Part shown: piece by piece, positions 50,816 to 52,333 of the stretch
How the letters are laid out: the number at the start of each line of letters is the position of its first letter
Position numbering within the stretch: the first letter of the stretch is position 1
Assembly: GCA_020860575.1 (NCBI GenBank)
Contig: JAJBUB010000079.1
Span: 1-52,333, forward strand
Direction: 5' to 3'
Origin: Clostridiales bacterium
GTDB lineage: Bacteria > Bacillota > Clostridia > Oscillospirales > Oscillospiraceae
Length of the DNA: 52,333 bases
The notes under the pieces: model-generated
Database searches by the model: none
Seen by the model: only the letters and a program-made list of their open reading frames with translations
Told to the model about the DNA's origin: nothing
Translations under genes and position numbers: made by a program

Positions 50816-52158
50816 TTGCATATTTGCCGGAGATATACCCTGATGAGTTAGTCTATAGCTGGTTTTGTCGTTATTACATTCATTCTGGCTGTATCACTCA
50901 TAAGATGGCATTGCAGGAAATCTTATATAAACGATGTAATAATCCGAGCAAAGAATTCATCGGGCATCTGAACCCTGATATGCTGGAAAAGATAAGCTCT
51001 CTCTACAATATAGACGATTTGATTTTAAATCATACGATGTTCCCACAGTATGCCCGATTCGTTCCGTTGGAGCAACGGAAAATAGCACTATTCCACATTG
51101 GACATGACTTTTGTGATGTTCACCACCTTTTTCCTGTTTTGCCAAGGAGTGATGCAGACCGCTTTTTGAAATACTGTCCACTATGCGCAGTGGAAGATAG
51201 GAAGGAATACGGTGAGGCGTATTGGCACAGAAAGCACCAGATACGGAATATGATGGTTTGCGTAAAGCATAAATGCAAACTCCTGAATTCCAGGGTGGAA
51301 GCCAAAGATGAACAGGATTTCACTCTATCTCCAGCTGAGCTTGAAATCGGTAAAGTTGAGCCGGAGATTATTGAGAACCCGCTCCAACTAGCTTATCATG
51401 AATATCTGACAACTGTATTTGACACACCGATAGATTTTGAAAATAATATTCCAGTTGCCGCTGCGTTGTATCATCACATGACTCGAACAAAATATATGAA
51501 AACCTCTGGAAAGACCAGATACACAAAGCAACTTGCAGATGACATGAAAGCACACTATGAAGCAATCGGATTATCACATATAGCGAGTATGCACCAGATT
51601 CAGCGTGTTCTTTTAGGAAACCGCTTTGACTTTAATGTGATATGCCAAATAGCTTTTTTTCTTGGGATGCCTGCGGATGAGTTGACAGCACCAGTTTTAA
51701 CCGCCACACAGATAGAGCAGGAACAAGATTCTCATTATATGAAGGGCAAAGCGCCAATTGATTGGAACGCCTACGATGACGAATTAGCTCCGATGTTAGA
51801 ACAAATTGCCCGTGATATATATGAGGGAGCCGCAAGCGAGATAGGCAGGCCGGAGAGGGTTTCGGAGAAGGTTATCTATCGAGAATTGGAGTTGCCAAAG
51901 CATAGACTTGATAATCTTTCCAAGTGTAAAGCCATTTTTGAAAAATACACAGAATCCTATGCGGAAAATTGGGCAAGAAAACTTATATGGGCGTATCGCA
52001 AGCTAGAGGCGGAGTCCAACGGTAAGCCGTTCTATTGGTCGGATATACGGGAAATCAGTGGAGTTAAAAAGAAAAATATTGATAAAATATTGCCATTCCT
52101 CATAAAGTATACAGATTCAGAAATGGCGCAGGCTATCATTTCAAAAATCGGGATATAA
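50812..52158 (+). CDS. tnsD: TnsD/TniQ target-selector protein (full length, 448 aa)
   Basis: PEIYPDELVYSW..RY, HTMFP.Y, zinc finger CPLC...YWHRKHQ...C..H; long C-terminal DNA-binding extension. Confidence 0.92.
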   Translation: MIAYLPEIYPDELVYSWFCRYYIHSGCITHKMALQEILYKRCNNPSKEFIGHLNPDMLEKISSLYNIDDLILNHTMFPQYARFVPLEQRKIALFHIGHDFCDVHHLFPVLPRSDADRFLKYCPLCAVEDRKEYGEAYWHRKHQIRNMMVCVKHKCKLLNSRVEAKDEQDFTLSPAELEIGKVEPEIIENPLQLAYHEYLTTVFDTPIDFENNIPVAAALYHHMTRTKYMKTSGKTRYTKQLADDMKAHYEAIGLSHIASMHQIQRVLLGNRFDFNVICQIAFFLGMPADELTAPVLTATQIEQEQDSHYMKGKAPIDWNAYDDELAPMLEQIARDIYEGAASEIGRPERVSEKVIYRELELPKHRLDNLSKCKAIFEKYTESYAENWARKLIWAYRKLEAESNGKPFYWSDIREISGVKKKNIDKILPFLIKYTDSEMAQAIISKIGI

Positions 52159-52162
52159 AATC

Positions 52163-52189
52163 AGGGAGTTGGACTCTTGCCAACTCCCT
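52163..52189. terminator. Hairpin between tnsD and the convergent cargo gene
   Basis: AGGGAGTTGG/CCAACTCCCT perfect stem flanked by A/T-rich sequence. Confidence 0.7.
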
Positions 52190-52195
52190 AAAATT

Positions 52196-52333
52196 TTAAT
52201 CATCTTGTGTACAGCTAAAGGAATACTGCATTGTTCCAGTATAATCACCTGCCGCTCCCCATGTGTCCATGATTTCAAGGCCAAAATACTTAGTGAGAGA
52301 TTCTTCACTGATTTCTGACGCGCTGAAGGTAAC
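52196..52333 (-). CDS. 3' end of a cargo gene (partial), possibly a surface or pilin-like protein
   Basis: Open frame from the window edge: VTFSASEISEESLTKYFGLEIMDTWGAAGDYTGTMQYSFSCTQDD*. Confidence 0.5.
   Translation of the reverse strand, partial: VTFSASEISEESLTKYFGLEIMDTWGAAGDYTGTMQYSFSCTQDD

Larger units (their letters stand above)
47005..52333 (+). mobile_element. Tn7-like transposon (one end, tnsABCD and start of cargo; continues past the window)
   Basis: Abrupt switch to AT-rich DNA after ppdK; 5'-TGT terminus at 47005; overlapping tnsA-tnsB-tnsC-tnsD operon. Confidence 0.88.

Overview
High-GC Firmicute chromosome segment (gene content and codon style suggest Clostridia, probably Oscillospiraceae; inference). 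Bases 1-~47000 are housekeeping genes: cinA, thyX, a MarR/ABC exporter, kdgK-like kinase, metY, trxA/trxB, lysA, mnmG, hpf, fumarase alpha, folT-folC under a THF riboswitch, CIRCE-hrcA-grpE-dnaK-dnaJ, a YtrA/ABC operon, asnA, a NitT/TauT ABC importer, argS, ruvX and ppdK. A compact type I toxin-antitoxin-like module lies at ~22.75-23.08 kb. Nine bp after the ppdK stop codon the DNA turns abruptly AT-rich and a Tn7-like transposon begins (TGT end at 47005, tnsA-B-C-D, then cargo running off the window). Its notable features are an apparent attachment site at the ppdK 3' end, a 115-aa TnsA that seems to have lost most catalytic residues, and a cluster of palindromes (res-like site or structured RNA) upstream of tnsA. 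All calls are from motif recognition by eye; no database searches were run.
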